DNA of 62,723 nt, the filler included, from Actinomycetota bacterium (GTDB lineage Bacteria; Actinomycetota; CADDZG01; JAHWKV01; JAOPZY01), in NCBI GenBank assembly GCA_025963875.1. It is 3 parts of 3 records of this genome, joined end to end, with 100 filler letters (N's around TTAATTAATTAA, not from the genome) between each part and the next. Parts side by side here need not be neighbours in the genome. Positions count along the whole stretch, not along the records: positions 46,744 to 62,723 come from JAOPZY010000199.1; 2 more parts are not named here. The stretch is one strand, 5' to 3'. The notes under the pieces were generated by a model that was not told the origin of the DNA, searched no databases, and saw only the letters and a program-made list of their open reading frames with translations. The position numbers were made by a program, and so were the translations under genes. Numbering within the stretch: the stretch's first letter is position 1; each line of letters begins with the position of its first letter. Below are positions 49,215-61,834 of this stretch, piece by piece.

Positions 49215-50756
49215 TCACTCCCAGGACGTTCGCACCCCTCGTTGCAGGGCCGCCGCCAGGGCATCCATCTCGTCGAGCGTGTTGTAGAGGGCAACCGAGG
49301 CCCGCACCGCTGCGGCGAGGCCAAGGCGCCGGAGCAGGGGCTGCGCACAGTGATGCCCCGCTCGTACGGCGAGCCCTTCCCGGTCGAGGAACGCACCGAT
49401 GCGCTCGGCGGCCACCCCGGGGATGACGAACGACAGCATGCTGACGGCACCAGGGTCATGGGTGAGGTGGCGAAGGCCCGGCACGGCCGACAGGGCCTCC
49501 CGGCCCCGGGACATGAGGCGGTGCTCCTGGGCTGCGATGGTCTCCAGGCCCACGGCCGTCACGTACTCGATGGCCGCCGCCAGCCCGGGAGCCCCGGCCA
49601 GATGGCCCGTGCCTGCCTCGAACTTCGCCGGCAGACCGGCGTAGGTGGTCTTCTCGAAGGTCACCCGGTCGATCATGCTGCCCCCGCCCTGCCAGGGCGG
49701 CATCTCCTCCAACAGGTTCCGCTTGCCGTAGAGGACGCCGATGCCGGTCGGACCAAAGAGCTTGTGGCCCGAGAAGGCGTAGAAGTCGGCATCGAGGGCC
49801 GTCACGTTGACCGGCATGTGCTGAACCGCCTGGGCGCCGTCCACGAGCACCTTGGCGCCGACGGCATGCGCCATGCCGGTGACCTCGTGGATGGGAACGA
49901 CGGTGCCGAGGACGTTGGACACCTGCGTCACGGCGACGATCTTCGTTCGGGAGCTGAGCATCTTGGCGTACTCGCCGAGCAGGAGCTCTCCTTCGTCGCC
50001 GATCGGGACGATTCTGAGCGCCGCGCCGGTCGCCTCGCAAAGCATCTGCCAGGGGACGATGTTCGAGTGGTGCTCCAGCGTGGTGATCATCACCTCGTCG
50101 CCGGGCCCCACGAAGCGCCGCCCGAAGGACTGTGCGACGAGGTTGATCGCCTCCGTTGCGCCGCGGACCCACACGATCTGCTCGGGCGAGGGGGCCCCGA
50201 TGAAAGCCGCAACCGTCTTCCGCGCCCCCTCGTATGCGTCGGTGGCGCGCTTGGCCAAGGCGTGCGCGCCCCGATGGACGTTTGAGTTGTCGTGGGCATA
50301 GAAGCGGGCGACCGTATCGATGACCGCCTGCGGCTTGTGCGTCGTCGCCGCGTTGTCCAGCCAGACGAGGGGCTTCCCGTTGACGGTCTGGTGCAGCGCC
50401 GGGAAGTCGCCGCGCACCCCGGGCAGGGCGCTGTCGCCGGCCTCCCGCGTCTGGCCCTCGAGCGCGGATCCGGCCAGGAAGTAGTAGGCCTGCGTCTCCC
50501 ACTGCGGCGAGTTGGCCGGAAGGGTGGAGATGGCCTTCTTCTCCGATATTGCAGCGCCGTTGGACGAGCCCGAAGCTCGCATGAGATCTCGAAGGAGGGA
50601 CGGCCCAGGGCAGCGGTCGGCCTGCCCGTCGAAGGCGGCCTTCAACGAATCGCCTGGCTCACCCGCCGGAGCGGCCCGGAAGGCTTCGCTGGCCAGCCGA
50701 CCGATCAGCTCGGGAGCAGGAACCCCATCCGGCAGGGGAGTCTGTTGCTCACGCAT
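49215..50756 (-). CDS. encapsulin-cargo cysteine desulfurase (SufS-type) with N-terminal extension
   Basis: WLDNAATT, EHHSN, SGHK (PLP Lys), RAGHHCA (catalytic Cys); ~110-aa leader with LIGRLASEAF and YYFL. Confidence 0.92.
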   Translation of the reverse strand: MREQQTPLPDGVPAPELIGRLASEAFRAAPAGEPGDSLKAAFDGQADRCPGPSLLRDLMRASGSSNGAAISEKKAISTLPANSPQWETQAYYFLAGSALEGQTREAGDSALPGVRGDFPALHQTVNGKPLVWLDNAATTHKPQAVIDTVARFYAHDNSNVHRGAHALAKRATDAYEGARKTVAAFIGAPSPEQIVWVRGATEAINLVAQSFGRRFVGPGDEVMITTLEHHSNIVPWQMLCEATGAALRIVPIGDEGELLLGEYAKMLSSRTKIVAVTQVSNVLGTVVPIHEVTGMAHAVGAKVLVDGAQAVQHMPVNVTALDADFYAFSGHKLFGPTGIGVLYGKRNLLEEMPPWQGGGSMIDRVTFEKTTYAGLPAKFEAGTGHLAGAPGLAAAIEYVTAVGLETIAAQEHRLMSRGREALSAVPGLRHLTHDPGAVSMLSFVIPGVAAERIGAFLDREGLAVRAGHHCAQPLLRRLGLAAAVRASVALYNTLDEMDALAAALQRGVRTSWE

Positions 50757-52182
50757 ACGTGTGGTAGTTGCCGACCTCGACGTCCTCGAGCAGTCCGACG
50801 GCGTCCCCGGTCAGCACGGCCACGCCGAAGTATGCGGAGATCAGGTAGTGGGCGATGCCCTTCGCGTCCACGCCGTTGAACATGACCGAGATGCCCGGCG
50901 TCTTCTCGAACTCGAGTCCGGTGTGGTGCAGCCCGACGACACCCCCCTGATTCTCACCGACCCGGATCAGCAGGATGTCGCTGACCAGCCGGCCCTGACT
51001 GGAGAAGTGGACGCACAGCTTGTCCGTGGGGACGAGCGGAATGCCGCGCCACGTCAGGAAGGGGGAGCCGGCGATGAGCACCGTGGGCGGTGGGACGCCC
51101 CGGCGTGTGCACTCCCGGCCGAAGGCCGCAATGGCTCGGGGGTGGGCGAGAAAGAAGGCGGGCTTCCTCCAGACAAGGGCGATCAGCTCGTCCATGTCGT
51201 CGGGGGTCGGCGGTCCGGTCTGCGTGGGGACGCGCATCTCCGGCAGCGCGACGTTGAGGAGTCCGAACTTGGGGTTGTTGATGATCTCCCACTCCTCGCG
51301 CTCCTTGATGCTCTCCATGGTCAGGCGGACCTGCTCCTCGAGCTGATCGTAGGGACTGGAGTAGAGGTCGCTGACACGGGTGTGCACGCCGAGGATCGTC
51401 TGCACCGCGCTGAGATGGTGCTCGACGGGCTCGGGGTCGTAGTCGACGAAGGTCGTGGGCAGGACCGGCTGCCCCTCGTGCCCCGACTGCAGGTCGATGA
51501 CGGCCTCACCGTAATCGTTGCTCTGCGCCTCGGCCTGCCTGCGCCGCGCGACCGCCTGCTCGACCTCAAGCCGGAAGCGCGGCTCGGTGTCGAGCGCGGC
51601 CTGAAAGGCCGACCGATCGAGGGAGAGCAGGGTACACGGGGTGAGGGCCTGGATCCTCGGCGTTTCGGCGAGGTGCTGGAAGAGGGCCATCTCTCCGAAG
51701 TGGTCGCCGTGTGTCAGCAGGGCCAGGCGCTGCTTGTCCCCGTATGCTCCGGCTTCGGAAAGCTCCACCTGCCCTCGTACGATGAGGTAGAGCTTGTCGA
51801 CGCCCCGGCCGTTGTCCGTCAACACCTCGCCCGCGGGACGATCCTCCACGACAAACAGCCGCGCTAGCTCCTGGAGCAGCCTGTCGTCGGCGTGCTCGAG
51901 AACCGAGATGGCCCGGAGCCCAGCCGGCTCGGCAGCGGTGAGCCCGTCATGCTCGGAGAATCGAACTCTCCCCGGGCCGGTCTGCGCCATACGGCGACGG
52001 TTGACGCGGTACACACCTCCCTCGACCTGTACCCACGGTAGAAGCTGGAGCAGCCAGCGGGGGGTGATTTCCCGCATTTGCGGGCGGGTCTTCGTCGTGG
52101 AGCTGAGAAGGCGCGCGGCATCCATCCCGAGGGCTGGGGGTGTTTGCACGAAGCTCTCTCGTATATCGATCTCGATCGCCAT
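50749..52182 (-). CDS. Family 2B encapsulin shell protein (cNMP-binding insertion), copy 1
   Basis: [28 protein letters not shown], cNMP-binding domain (HFGE), LPTTFVDY, GPPTPDDMDEL. Confidence 0.9.
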   Translation of the reverse strand: MAIEIDIRESFVQTPPALGMDAARLLSSTTKTRPQMREITPRWLLQLLPWVQVEGGVYRVNRRRMAQTGPGRVRFSEHDGLTAAEPAGLRAISVLEHADDRLLQELARLFVVEDRPAGEVLTDNGRGVDKLYLIVRGQVELSEAGAYGDKQRLALLTHGDHFGEMALFQHLAETPRIQALTPCTLLSLDRSAFQAALDTEPRFRLEVEQAVARRRQAEAQSNDYGEAVIDLQSGHEGQPVLPTTFVDYDPEPVEHHLSAVQTILGVHTRVSDLYSSPYDQLEEQVRLTMESIKEREEWEIINNPKFGLLNVALPEMRVPTQTGPPTPDDMDELIALVWRKPAFFLAHPRAIAAFGRECTRRGVPPPTVLIAGSPFLTWRGIPLVPTDKLCVHFSSQGRLVSDILLIRVGENQGGVVGLHHTGLEFEKTPGISVMFNGVDAKGIAHYLISAYFGVAVLTGDAVGLLEDVEVGNYHTYA

Positions 52183-52364
52183 CGCGATTCCCTTCTCGCT
52201 CGATCAAGTCTCGGCGAGCCACCACAGGGAGGAGAGCCTGGAACGCGGGCTCAGGTCAGTCCTTTTCGTCCTGCCCAGCCTTATCTAGGGAACAGTCCAA
52301 TACCATGGCCGGGGGTGCGCTCCTTTGGGAATGGTGCATTGCCCAATTGGGCAACCGACCACGA

Positions 52365-53800
52365 CTAGCTTTGGTCCCTCCGACTCCTCCGCCACGCCGC
52401 GCCTCCCGCCAGCAGGGCGATCCCGCAGAGGAAGGCAAGCACGGCAAGCGACAGCCATCCGGTGGCATCGCTTCCCGTGACCGGAAGGGCCTTCCCGAAG
52501 AGAGTCGGCGTCGGAGTGGGCGCTGGCGGCGTCGGGGTGGGCGTCAGCGTCGCCGTGGGAGTGGGCGGGGCAGCCGGGAGGAGTCCGATGTTGCCGTGAG
52601 CCGTGGACGCCTGGTATTGCGGGGTGCCCGCAAAGGTGGCGTTGAAGCCGCCGAGCGGACCGAGAGCGTCGTGGGGAGCCCGAGGGCGGCGTCGCACGTG
52701 GCCGTGCCGGCAGCATCCGTGACGGCGCTGCACAGAGGGGTGCCGTCGGTAGCGGTGAAGGTGATGGTCTGACCGGAGACGGCGGAACCGTAACCGTTGC
52801 TGGTGAGCGTGGCGCTCAGGCCGGACACCCCGAGTGTCAGCGGCGACACCGTCGCGGTCCCGGCGGTCAGGGTCGTCTGTGCGATCGCAGCGGTCCGTTC
52901 GCCCTTCAGGCAGATGCCGAGGAGCTGGCCGCCGCCCGACCCGACGTTGATGGGGCCAAGCTCCTTGGCGCCGGTGGCGATGTTGAAGCGGTAGAAGTTG
53001 TTGGTCGTGAAGCTGCCGGACCAGAACGACGTGCCGTTGGGATCCAGGTTCAGCGCGAACCAACTTGACTCACCGGGGGCGTTGTAGCTCTGTACCACGT
53101 GGCCCGATCCGTCCAGGCGCTTGATGTCGGCGCTCACAGCCACCAGGAGGCCACCGGTTCCGTCGCCAGGAGGCAGCAGCCGAAGCGCGAACGTATTGGC
53201 GCCGGACAGGCCGGTGGCGAAGTCTGGCAGCGCCGCGTTCGTGGAGACGTCGAAGCGGTGGATCGTATGGCTGACCTCGTCGCTGAAGAACATCGTCTTC
53301 TGGTCGCCTGCCAGGTCGAGCCAGTCGGTACGGACGCCGTGTGCAAGATTGGCGATCAGACTGCCCGCCGCGTCGTAGTGGTCGATGGAGCCACCCAGCG
53401 AGTGCGACACATAGAAGGTCTTGTCGGCCGCGAAGACGGGTGATTCATTCCGGCCACTACTGGTGGCGATGGTCTGGAGAATCGGGTGAGGGTCGGCATT
53501 GTCGAACACGACGACCCTGTTGCTGCTCCAGTCGGTGGTGTACAGCTTGTCCTCAGCCGCATTGAACGTGCACCCGGTGGTGACGCCGCCCAACCCGTCG
53601 TTGATCGTCTGCTTGAAGTTTCCCGAATTGTCGTAGACCTTGTAGGCGCCGTTGCCCACTGCGACGAACACATCCCCGCCGTTCCACGACGTGGCTGCGC
53701 CCGCGGGCGGCAGAGCACCAAGCTGCAGGGCGGCCAGAGCCAGCAGCGCAGCAAGCGAGATGCAGGTGCCGCCATATCTGTGAGCGAGGGTCTTGTGCAT
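52365..53800 (-). pseudogene. secreted beta-propeller + Ig-like cell-wall-anchored protein, frameshifted near 52660
   Basis: signal peptide and propeller-like repeats in one frame; the PT linker, LPVTG, TM and RRSRR tail continue in another frame. Confidence 0.7.
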
Positions 53801-53979
53801 GGAGGGTTCCGTTTCTCTTGCCGAGTCGTTAGCGTGGACCGGGGTGCGCCGGAGAGGTGGGCCGACTGGACGGGGCCGTGCCTCCCCACGCTGACCCCAT
53901 CCTCGTTCGTAGTGATTGAACGTCTTCTCATAGAAACGGACACGGGCGGAGAAACCCCATTGAGCGTGTGTCTCTTGGC

Positions 53980-55878
53980 TCACCTCCGGGCCGTCAACCA
54001 GGCGCCCTGCGGGACGCCGTGCAGAGCGGCCAAGGTGGCGGAGGCCACACCCACCGCATCCAGACCGAGTTGCGACAGGATGTCCGCGGCCTTGCCGTGG
54101 GGGAGGTAGGCGGTCGGTACGCCGAGGGTCAGCACCCACCGGCTCTGGCGGTGCCGTTCGGCATCGGCGAGGCTCTGGGCGATGAAGGCCCCCGCCCCGC
54201 CGACTCGTATGCCGTCCTCCAAGGTGACGACCAGGTGATGCTTGGCCGCATCGGCCAGCATGACCGGGTCCAGTGGGCGCACTGCCCGCACATCCCACAC
54301 TGTGGGATCGATCCCCTCGGCGGCCAGTACTGCGGCAGCGCCGGTGGCTGCATCGAGCATCTTGCCCACCCCCAGCAAGCAGACCTCCGGCCCACCCTCC
54401 AGGACTCTCCGGGCCGAGAGGCCGGAGCCCACCGCAGCCTCCGGGGTGGCGCCGGGCGATCCCTTGGGGTAGCGGATGGCAGCGGGGCCGTCCAGATCCA
54501 GCGCGGTGCGCAGCATGACGGCGACCTCGCGGGGCGTTGAGGGGGCGAGGATCGTCAGCCCGGCGATCTTGAGGCAGAGGGAGATGTCGAGGATCCCGTG
54601 GTGGCTGGGGCCGTCATCGCCGGTGATGCCGGCTCGGTCGAGGGCGAAGACCACCGGCAATCCGTGGAGGCCGACATCGAGGTTGGCCTGGTCGAAGGCC
54701 CGGCTGAAGAAGGTGGAGTAGAGGGCCACCACGGGCCTGAGCCCGCCCATGGCCATCCCGGCCGCGGAGGTCACCGCCTGCTGCTCGCCGATCCCCACGT
54801 CGAAGAGTCGCTGTGGCCAGCGGGCACCAAAGGCCAGGAGTCCCGTCGGGCCCGCCATCGCGGCGGTGACCGCCACCACCTCGGGGCGCTCCTCCCCGAC
54901 CTCGAGCATGGCCTCGCCGAAGGCGCGGGCGTAGCCCCTCGGTGCCCGCTCCGCCGCCGTGGGGCCTGCCACAGGGTCGAAGGCCGAGACGTCGTGCAGG
55001 CACTTCTCGTCGTCATGCTCCGCAGGCGCGTAACCACGACCCTTGCGCGTGAGCACATGGACGACGATGGGACCCTCGGAGTCGGCCGCCTCCCTCAGAG
55101 CTTGCTCGAGGCCGAGAATGTCGTGGCCGTCGAATGGGCCGGCGTAGCGCACCCCGAGACTCTCGAAGAACGACGCCGGGTGGTGGGTGCAGGTCTCCGG
55201 GGTGCTCCCCGAAGGGGGACGGATGGGCTTGAGCCTGTTGGGACGCAGCTCGGTCCAGCTCTGCGACAGGCGGGACACCGTGGGAGCGTAGGAGCGCCCG
55301 TTGTCGTTGAGGACGATGATCACCCTGCTCGCCGCGTGGCCCAGGTTGTTGAGGCCCTCGTACGCCATCCCACCAGTCAGTGAGCCGTCACCGACGACCG
55401 CCACGATCCTTCGGCCCGGGTCGGCGCTGCGAACGGCCGCGGCGGCCAGGCCGTGGGCATAGGACAGGATGGTCGACGCATGGCTGTTCTCCACCCAGTC
55501 GTGCTGGGATTCCGACCTCGAGGGGTAGCCGGCCAGGCCGCCCTGCTGACGAAGGGTGGCGAACTGGACGCGGCGACCGGTGAGGATCTTGTGGGCGTAG
55601 GTCTGATGGCCCGTGTCCCACAACAGGATGTCGCGGGGGGAGTCGAACACCCGGTGCAGCGCCAGCGTCAGCTCGACGACGCCCAGATTGGAGCCGAGGT
55701 GCCCCCCGCGCAACGCCACCGTTTCGATGATCAACCCCCGGATCTCCGCTGCCAGCGCCTGGAGGGTATCGCCGTCCAGCCCGCGCAGGTCAGCGGGGGC
55801 CTGGACGCCCTCCAGGAGCGTGGGTGGTGGGCAACCGGCCGGCGCTGGAGATGCCGGGGTGAAACGCACGGCGCTCAT
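53980..55878 (-). CDS. dxs: 1-deoxy-D-xylulose-5-phosphate synthase
   Basis: GGHLGSNLGVVEL, WDTGHQ, GDGSLTGG...NDN, IGEQ, DRAG, IRYPKG. Confidence 0.94.
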   Translation of the reverse strand: MSAVRFTPASPAPAGCPPPTLLEGVQAPADLRGLDGDTLQALAAEIRGLIIETVALRGGHLGSNLGVVELTLALHRVFDSPRDILLWDTGHQTYAHKILTGRRVQFATLRQQGGLAGYPSRSESQHDWVENSHASTILSYAHGLAAAAVRSADPGRRIVAVVGDGSLTGGMAYEGLNNLGHAASRVIIVLNDNGRSYAPTVSRLSQSWTELRPNRLKPIRPPSGSTPETCTHHPASFFESLGVRYAGPFDGHDILGLEQALREAADSEGPIVVHVLTRKGRGYAPAEHDDEKCLHDVSAFDPVAGPTAAERAPRGYARAFGEAMLEVGEERPEVVAVTAAMAGPTGLLAFGARWPQRLFDVGIGEQQAVTSAAGMAMGGLRPVVALYSTFFSRAFDQANLDVGLHGLPVVFALDRAGITGDDGPSHHGILDISLCLKIAGLTILAPSTPREVAVMLRTALDLDGPAAIRYPKGSPGATPEAAVGSGLSARRVLEGGPEVCLLGVGKMLDAATGAAAVLAAEGIDPTVWDVRAVRPLDPVMLADAAKHHLVVTLEDGIRVGGAGAFIAQSLADAERHRQSRWVLTLGVPTAYLPHGKAADILSQLGLDAVGVASATLAALHGVPQGAWLTARR

Positions 55879-55994
55879 GCGGCCGGAGTCGCCGAGCTCC
55901 CCGAGCTGGCGGTCCCGTACCCGGCCACGATCGCCTGTGCCCGCGGGCCGCGGGCGCGGGTCACGGCGCATGGTCCGGGTACAGGGACCACGTA

Positions 55995-57422
55995 TCAGCG
56001 GCCGATTTCGACGTTCTCGAGGATGCCCAGGGCGTCGGGAACGAGGACCGCCACCGAGTAGTAGGCGCTGACGAGGTACGAGATGATCGCCTTCTCGCTG
56101 ATGCCCATGAACCGCACCGACAGGCTGGGCTGGTACTCGTCCGGGATTCCCACCTGGTGCAGCCCCACGACCCCCTGGTTGTCCTCGCCCGTGCGCAACA
56201 CGATGATGGAGCTCGTTCGCTTGTCGGTGATGGGGATCTTGTTGCAGGGGAAGAGCGGCACCCCACGCCAGGCGGGCACCTGCCTGCCGTTGATGTCCGC
56301 GCCGATCGGGTAGAGGCCCCGGGCGTTGCACTCCCGGCCGAACGCGGCAATCGTCCTGGGGTGCGCCAGGAGGAAGTGGGAGTCCCGCCGCCGGGAGAGG
56401 AGCTCGTCCAGGTCGTCGGGCGTGGGCGGTCCGGTGCGGCTGTGGATGCGCTGCTTCAGGTCGGCGTTGTGGAGCAGCCCGAACTCGGGGTTGTTGATCA
56501 TCTCGTGCTCCTGGCGTTCCCGGAGGGCCTCGACCGTCAGCTTGAGCTGCTGCTCCACCTGGTTCATCGGCTCGTTGAACAGATCGGCCACCCGGGTATG
56601 CACCCGCAGCACGGTCTGCGCCACGCTGAGCTCGTACTCCCGGGGCTTCATCTCGTAATCGGCGAACGTGCCCGGGAGGTCCGGCTCCCCCTCGTGGCCC
56701 GAGGCCAGCTCGATCGACGCCTCCCCGTGCTTGTTCTGGGGCAGGGTGGGACTTGCCTGGTACTGGGCCACCTGTGCGCGCAGGGTGGGTGAGCTTTCGA
56801 CGACCTGCGAGAACGCCCCGGGCGGGAGCACGAGGACCGTCGTCGGGGTGTCGGCCCTGACTGTGTACTCCCAGAGACCGGTGGCATCCAGCAACGTGTG
56901 CCCACCGAAGTGGTCGCCGTCGGCCAGGACGGCAAGGGTCGTGTCGTCGCCGTACTTGCCCTGGCCCACCTTGCGGACCTTGCCGTGGGCGATCAGGTAG
57001 AACTGGTTGGCCGGGCTGCCGAGTTCCACGATCGACTCGCCGGCGGGGACCTCCCGCTGCTGGAAGCGGCCCGCCAGGCTCTCCAGCACCGACATGTCGT
57101 CGAATCCCCGGAGCAGTGGGAGCTCGGTAAGGGTGGCTGGGATGACCGACACCTGGTCCCCGACGTTGGTAAACGTCACCCGTCCGTCGCCCACCGCGTA
57201 GTTCAGCCGGCGGTTCACCCGGTAGACGCCACCGTGGACCTGGACCCACGGGAGCATCCTGAGCAGCCAGCGGGACGAGATCCCCTGCATCTGGGGAGGC
57301 GTCTTGGTGGTCGTCGCCAGGTTGCGGGCGGCCCCCGTCCCCAGGCTCAGTTGCGCCCGGCCGTTCGTGCTCGGGGAACCCTGCCCATTCAGAACGCCGA
57401 CACTTTCCTCACGATCACTCAT
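55995..57422 (-). CDS. Family 2B encapsulin shell protein (cNMP-binding insertion), copy 2
   Basis: [29 protein letters not shown], cNMP-binding domain, [29 protein letters not shown]. Confidence 0.93.
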   Translation of the reverse strand: MSDREESVGVLNGQGSPSTNGRAQLSLGTGAARNLATTTKTPPQMQGISSRWLLRMLPWVQVHGGVYRVNRRLNYAVGDGRVTFTNVGDQVSVIPATLTELPLLRGFDDMSVLESLAGRFQQREVPAGESIVELGSPANQFYLIAHGKVRKVGQGKYGDDTTLAVLADGDHFGGHTLLDATGLWEYTVRADTPTTVLVLPPGAFSQVVESSPTLRAQVAQYQASPTLPQNKHGEASIELASGHEGEPDLPGTFADYEMKPREYELSVAQTVLRVHTRVADLFNEPMNQVEQQLKLTVEALRERQEHEMINNPEFGLLHNADLKQRIHSRTGPPTPDDLDELLSRRRDSHFLLAHPRTIAAFGRECNARGLYPIGADINGRQVPAWRGVPLFPCNKIPITDKRTSSIIVLRTGEDNQGVVGLHQVGIPDEYQPSLSVRFMGISEKAIISYLVSAYYSVAVLVPDALGILENVEIGR

Positions 57423-57426
57423 GGCA

Positions 57427-59727
<2,301 letters not shown>

Positions 59728-60870
59728 CTATCCCGTCCGTGTGGTTGCGAGGCCGGTCAACTGCTCGAGGGCACCGAAGAAGGGGTTCTCGCGCCGCGCC
59801 TCGGGGCGCCCCGCGGCCCGGGCCAGTGCCGACAGGGCCCGCCGGCTGTGCAGATCAGCATGGCGTTGGGCCAGTGCCTGTGCCCCGCACTCGTCCAGGA
59901 TGCTGCGGACCTTGCGCTCCTGGTCGCTCGTCAGGTCGGTGGTCATCGCGTAGAGGGCCCGAAGCCGCGCGCGGGCGCCGGGTGATGCCTCCTGGAGCGC
60001 CAGGAGCACCGGCAGGCTCTTCTTGCGCCGCCGGATGTCGCCGCCGCGGGCCTTGCCGGTCTGCGTCTCCTTCCCCCAGATCCCCAGGATGTCGTCGCGG
60101 ATCTGAAAGCCCATCCCGAGCTGGCACCCGAACTCCGCATACGCGGGCAACGGCTGGTGGGCGGAGGGATCGGCGTACGCCAGCAGCGCTCCGCCGTAGG
60201 TGGCGCAGGCGATGAGTGCCGCCGTCTTGCCGGCGATCATCTGAAGGTACATGTCCACGGTGACGTCGTCCAGGGTCTCGAACATGAGATCCCGCCGCTG
60301 TCCCCAGGTCATCTCCAGCGAGGCGGTGGCCAGAGAGGCGATCAGCTCGCCAACCAGGACGTTGCCGCCCGTAGCCCGCCCGCGGCCGCGGCACGCCGCG
60401 AATCCGGCGGCGTGCAGGCAGTTCCCGACGTTGATCGCCTGGGCCTGCCCGTAGACGCTCCACACGGTCGGCCGCCCCCGCCGGAGAAGATCGCGGTCCT
60501 GGATGTCGTCGTGGATCAGGCTGTAGTTGTGGACCAGCTCGAGGGCGGTGGCAAAGGCAATGGCGATCTCGTCCTCGGCCCCGGCACCCCCGCGGTTGAC
60601 ACGGGCGCACTCGTAGCAGAGCAGCGCCAGCGCGGGGCGCAGCCGCTTTCCGCCGGCGGCACGCTGCGCGGCCGGCAGGGGAACGAAATCAGCGCCGGCC
60701 CAGCCGAAGTGGTAGGTGATGGCTCCCCGGAGCCAGGGGTCCTTGACCTCGGCCTCGAGCACCTGGGCGATCTCCGCATCGATCCTCGTGGCGCAGGCTG
60801 CCAGGTAGTCCTGGACGTACGTGGGGCACCCGGCCACCTGATCTGCGAGGGCGGGGAGGGCCGATGGCAT
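59728..60870 (-). CDS. polyprenyl diphosphate synthase (FPP/GGPP synthase)
   Basis: GGKRLRP, LIHDDIQD..RRG, GKT, FQIRDDILG. Confidence 0.92.
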   Translation of the reverse strand: MPSALPALADQVAGCPTYVQDYLAACATRIDAEIAQVLEAEVKDPWLRGAITYHFGWAGADFVPLPAAQRAAGGKRLRPALALLCYECARVNRGGAGAEDEIAIAFATALELVHNYSLIHDDIQDRDLLRRGRPTVWSVYGQAQAINVGNCLHAAGFAACRGRGRATGGNVLVGELIASLATASLEMTWGQRRDLMFETLDDVTVDMYLQMIAGKTAALIACATYGGALLAYADPSAHQPLPAYAEFGCQLGMGFQIRDDILGIWGKETQTGKARGGDIRRRKKSLPVLLALQEASPGARARLRALYAMTTDLTSDQERKVRSILDECGAQALAQRHADLHSRRALSALARAAGRPEARRENPFFGALEQLTGLATTRTG

Positions 60871-60871
60871 C

Positions 60872-61834
60872 TCAGTCGAGACCCGCGGGGAGAGGGAAAC
60901 GGACGTGCTCCGTGGCCACGGCCAGCTCTTCGACGCCGGCGTAGCCCCGGCCCTGCAGCCAGGTGACAACCCGCTCGACCAGCACGTCGGGCGTCGAGGC
61001 CCCAGAGGAGACACCGACCACCGTGGTCCCGTCGAGCCAGGGCACCTCGATGCTCCGCTCGTCCTCGATGAGCCAGGCACGCGCCCCCGCCTCGCGCGCG
61101 ACCTCGACCAGGCGGTTGGCGTTGGAGGAGTTGTCCGAGCCAACGATCAGGACGATGTCGCTGCGAGCAGCCAGTGCCTTCACCGCGAGTTGGCGGTTCT
61201 GGCTCGCATAGCAGATGTCGTCGAGCCGGGGCCCCGCCAGTTTCGGGAAGCGCTTGCGGAGGGCCTCGACCACCTCGGCGGTGTCGTCGACGGCCAGGGT
61301 CGTCTGGGTCAGATAAGCCACCGCGGCGGGATCGACAGGTCCTGCGGCGTCGATGTCCTCCGGGCGCTCGATCACGATGGTCTGGGTGGGTGCCTCACCG
61401 TAGGTCCCCTCGATCTCCTCATGGCTGGCATGCCCGATGAGGAAGATGGTCTTGCCGCCTGCGGCGAAGCGCCGGGCTTCGACGTGGACCTTGGCCACCA
61501 GGGGACAGGTGGCGTCCACCACGTTCAGGCTCCGCCGAGCAGCGTTGCGGTGGACCGCCGGCGAGACGCCGTGGGCGGACAGGACGCAGACCGATCCCTC
61601 GGGGACGTCGTCCTCGCTGTCGACGAAGACGGCTCCCTTGCCCTCCAGGGCGCGCACCACGTGGAGGTTGTGGACGATCTGCTTCCGTACGTACACCGGC
61701 GCCCCGTACCGCAGGAGCGTGCGCTCCACGATGTCCACGGCCCGTTCGACACCGGCGCACCAGCCTCGGGGGCTCGCGACCAGGACCTTTCTTGGGGGCT
61801 CGGCCGTTTCCGGCGCAGGCCAGAGGCCGCTCAT
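60872..61834 (-). CDS. ispH: 4-hydroxy-3-methylbut-2-enyl diphosphate reductase
   Basis: PRGWCAGV, IVHN, DATCPLV, QTT, ICYASQNRQ, SSN. Confidence 0.95.
   Translation of the reverse strand: MSGLWPAPETAEPPRKVLVASPRGWCAGVERAVDIVERTLLRYGAPVYVRKQIVHNLHVVRALEGKGAVFVDSEDDVPEGSVCVLSAHGVSPAVHRNAARRSLNVVDATCPLVAKVHVEARRFAAGGKTIFLIGHASHEEIEGTYGEAPTQTIVIERPEDIDAAGPVDPAAVAYLTQTTLAVDDTAEVVEALRKRFPKLAGPRLDDICYASQNRQLAVKALAARSDIVLIVGSDNSSNANRLVEVAREAGARAWLIEDERSIEVPWLDGTTVVGVSSGASTPDVLVERVVTWLQGRGYAGVEELAVATEHVRFPLPAGLD

Noticed and set aside
53980..57249. 1089-aa ORF suggesting a Dxs fusion
   Set aside because: N-terminal part is an alternative frame over the encapsulin gene; Dxs homology starts at about 55878
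50749..57422. cNMP-domain proteins as CRP-type regulators or phage capsids
   Set aside because: No HTH; the domain is inserted in an encapsulin shell sequence beside typical cargo genes, and no phage genes are nearby
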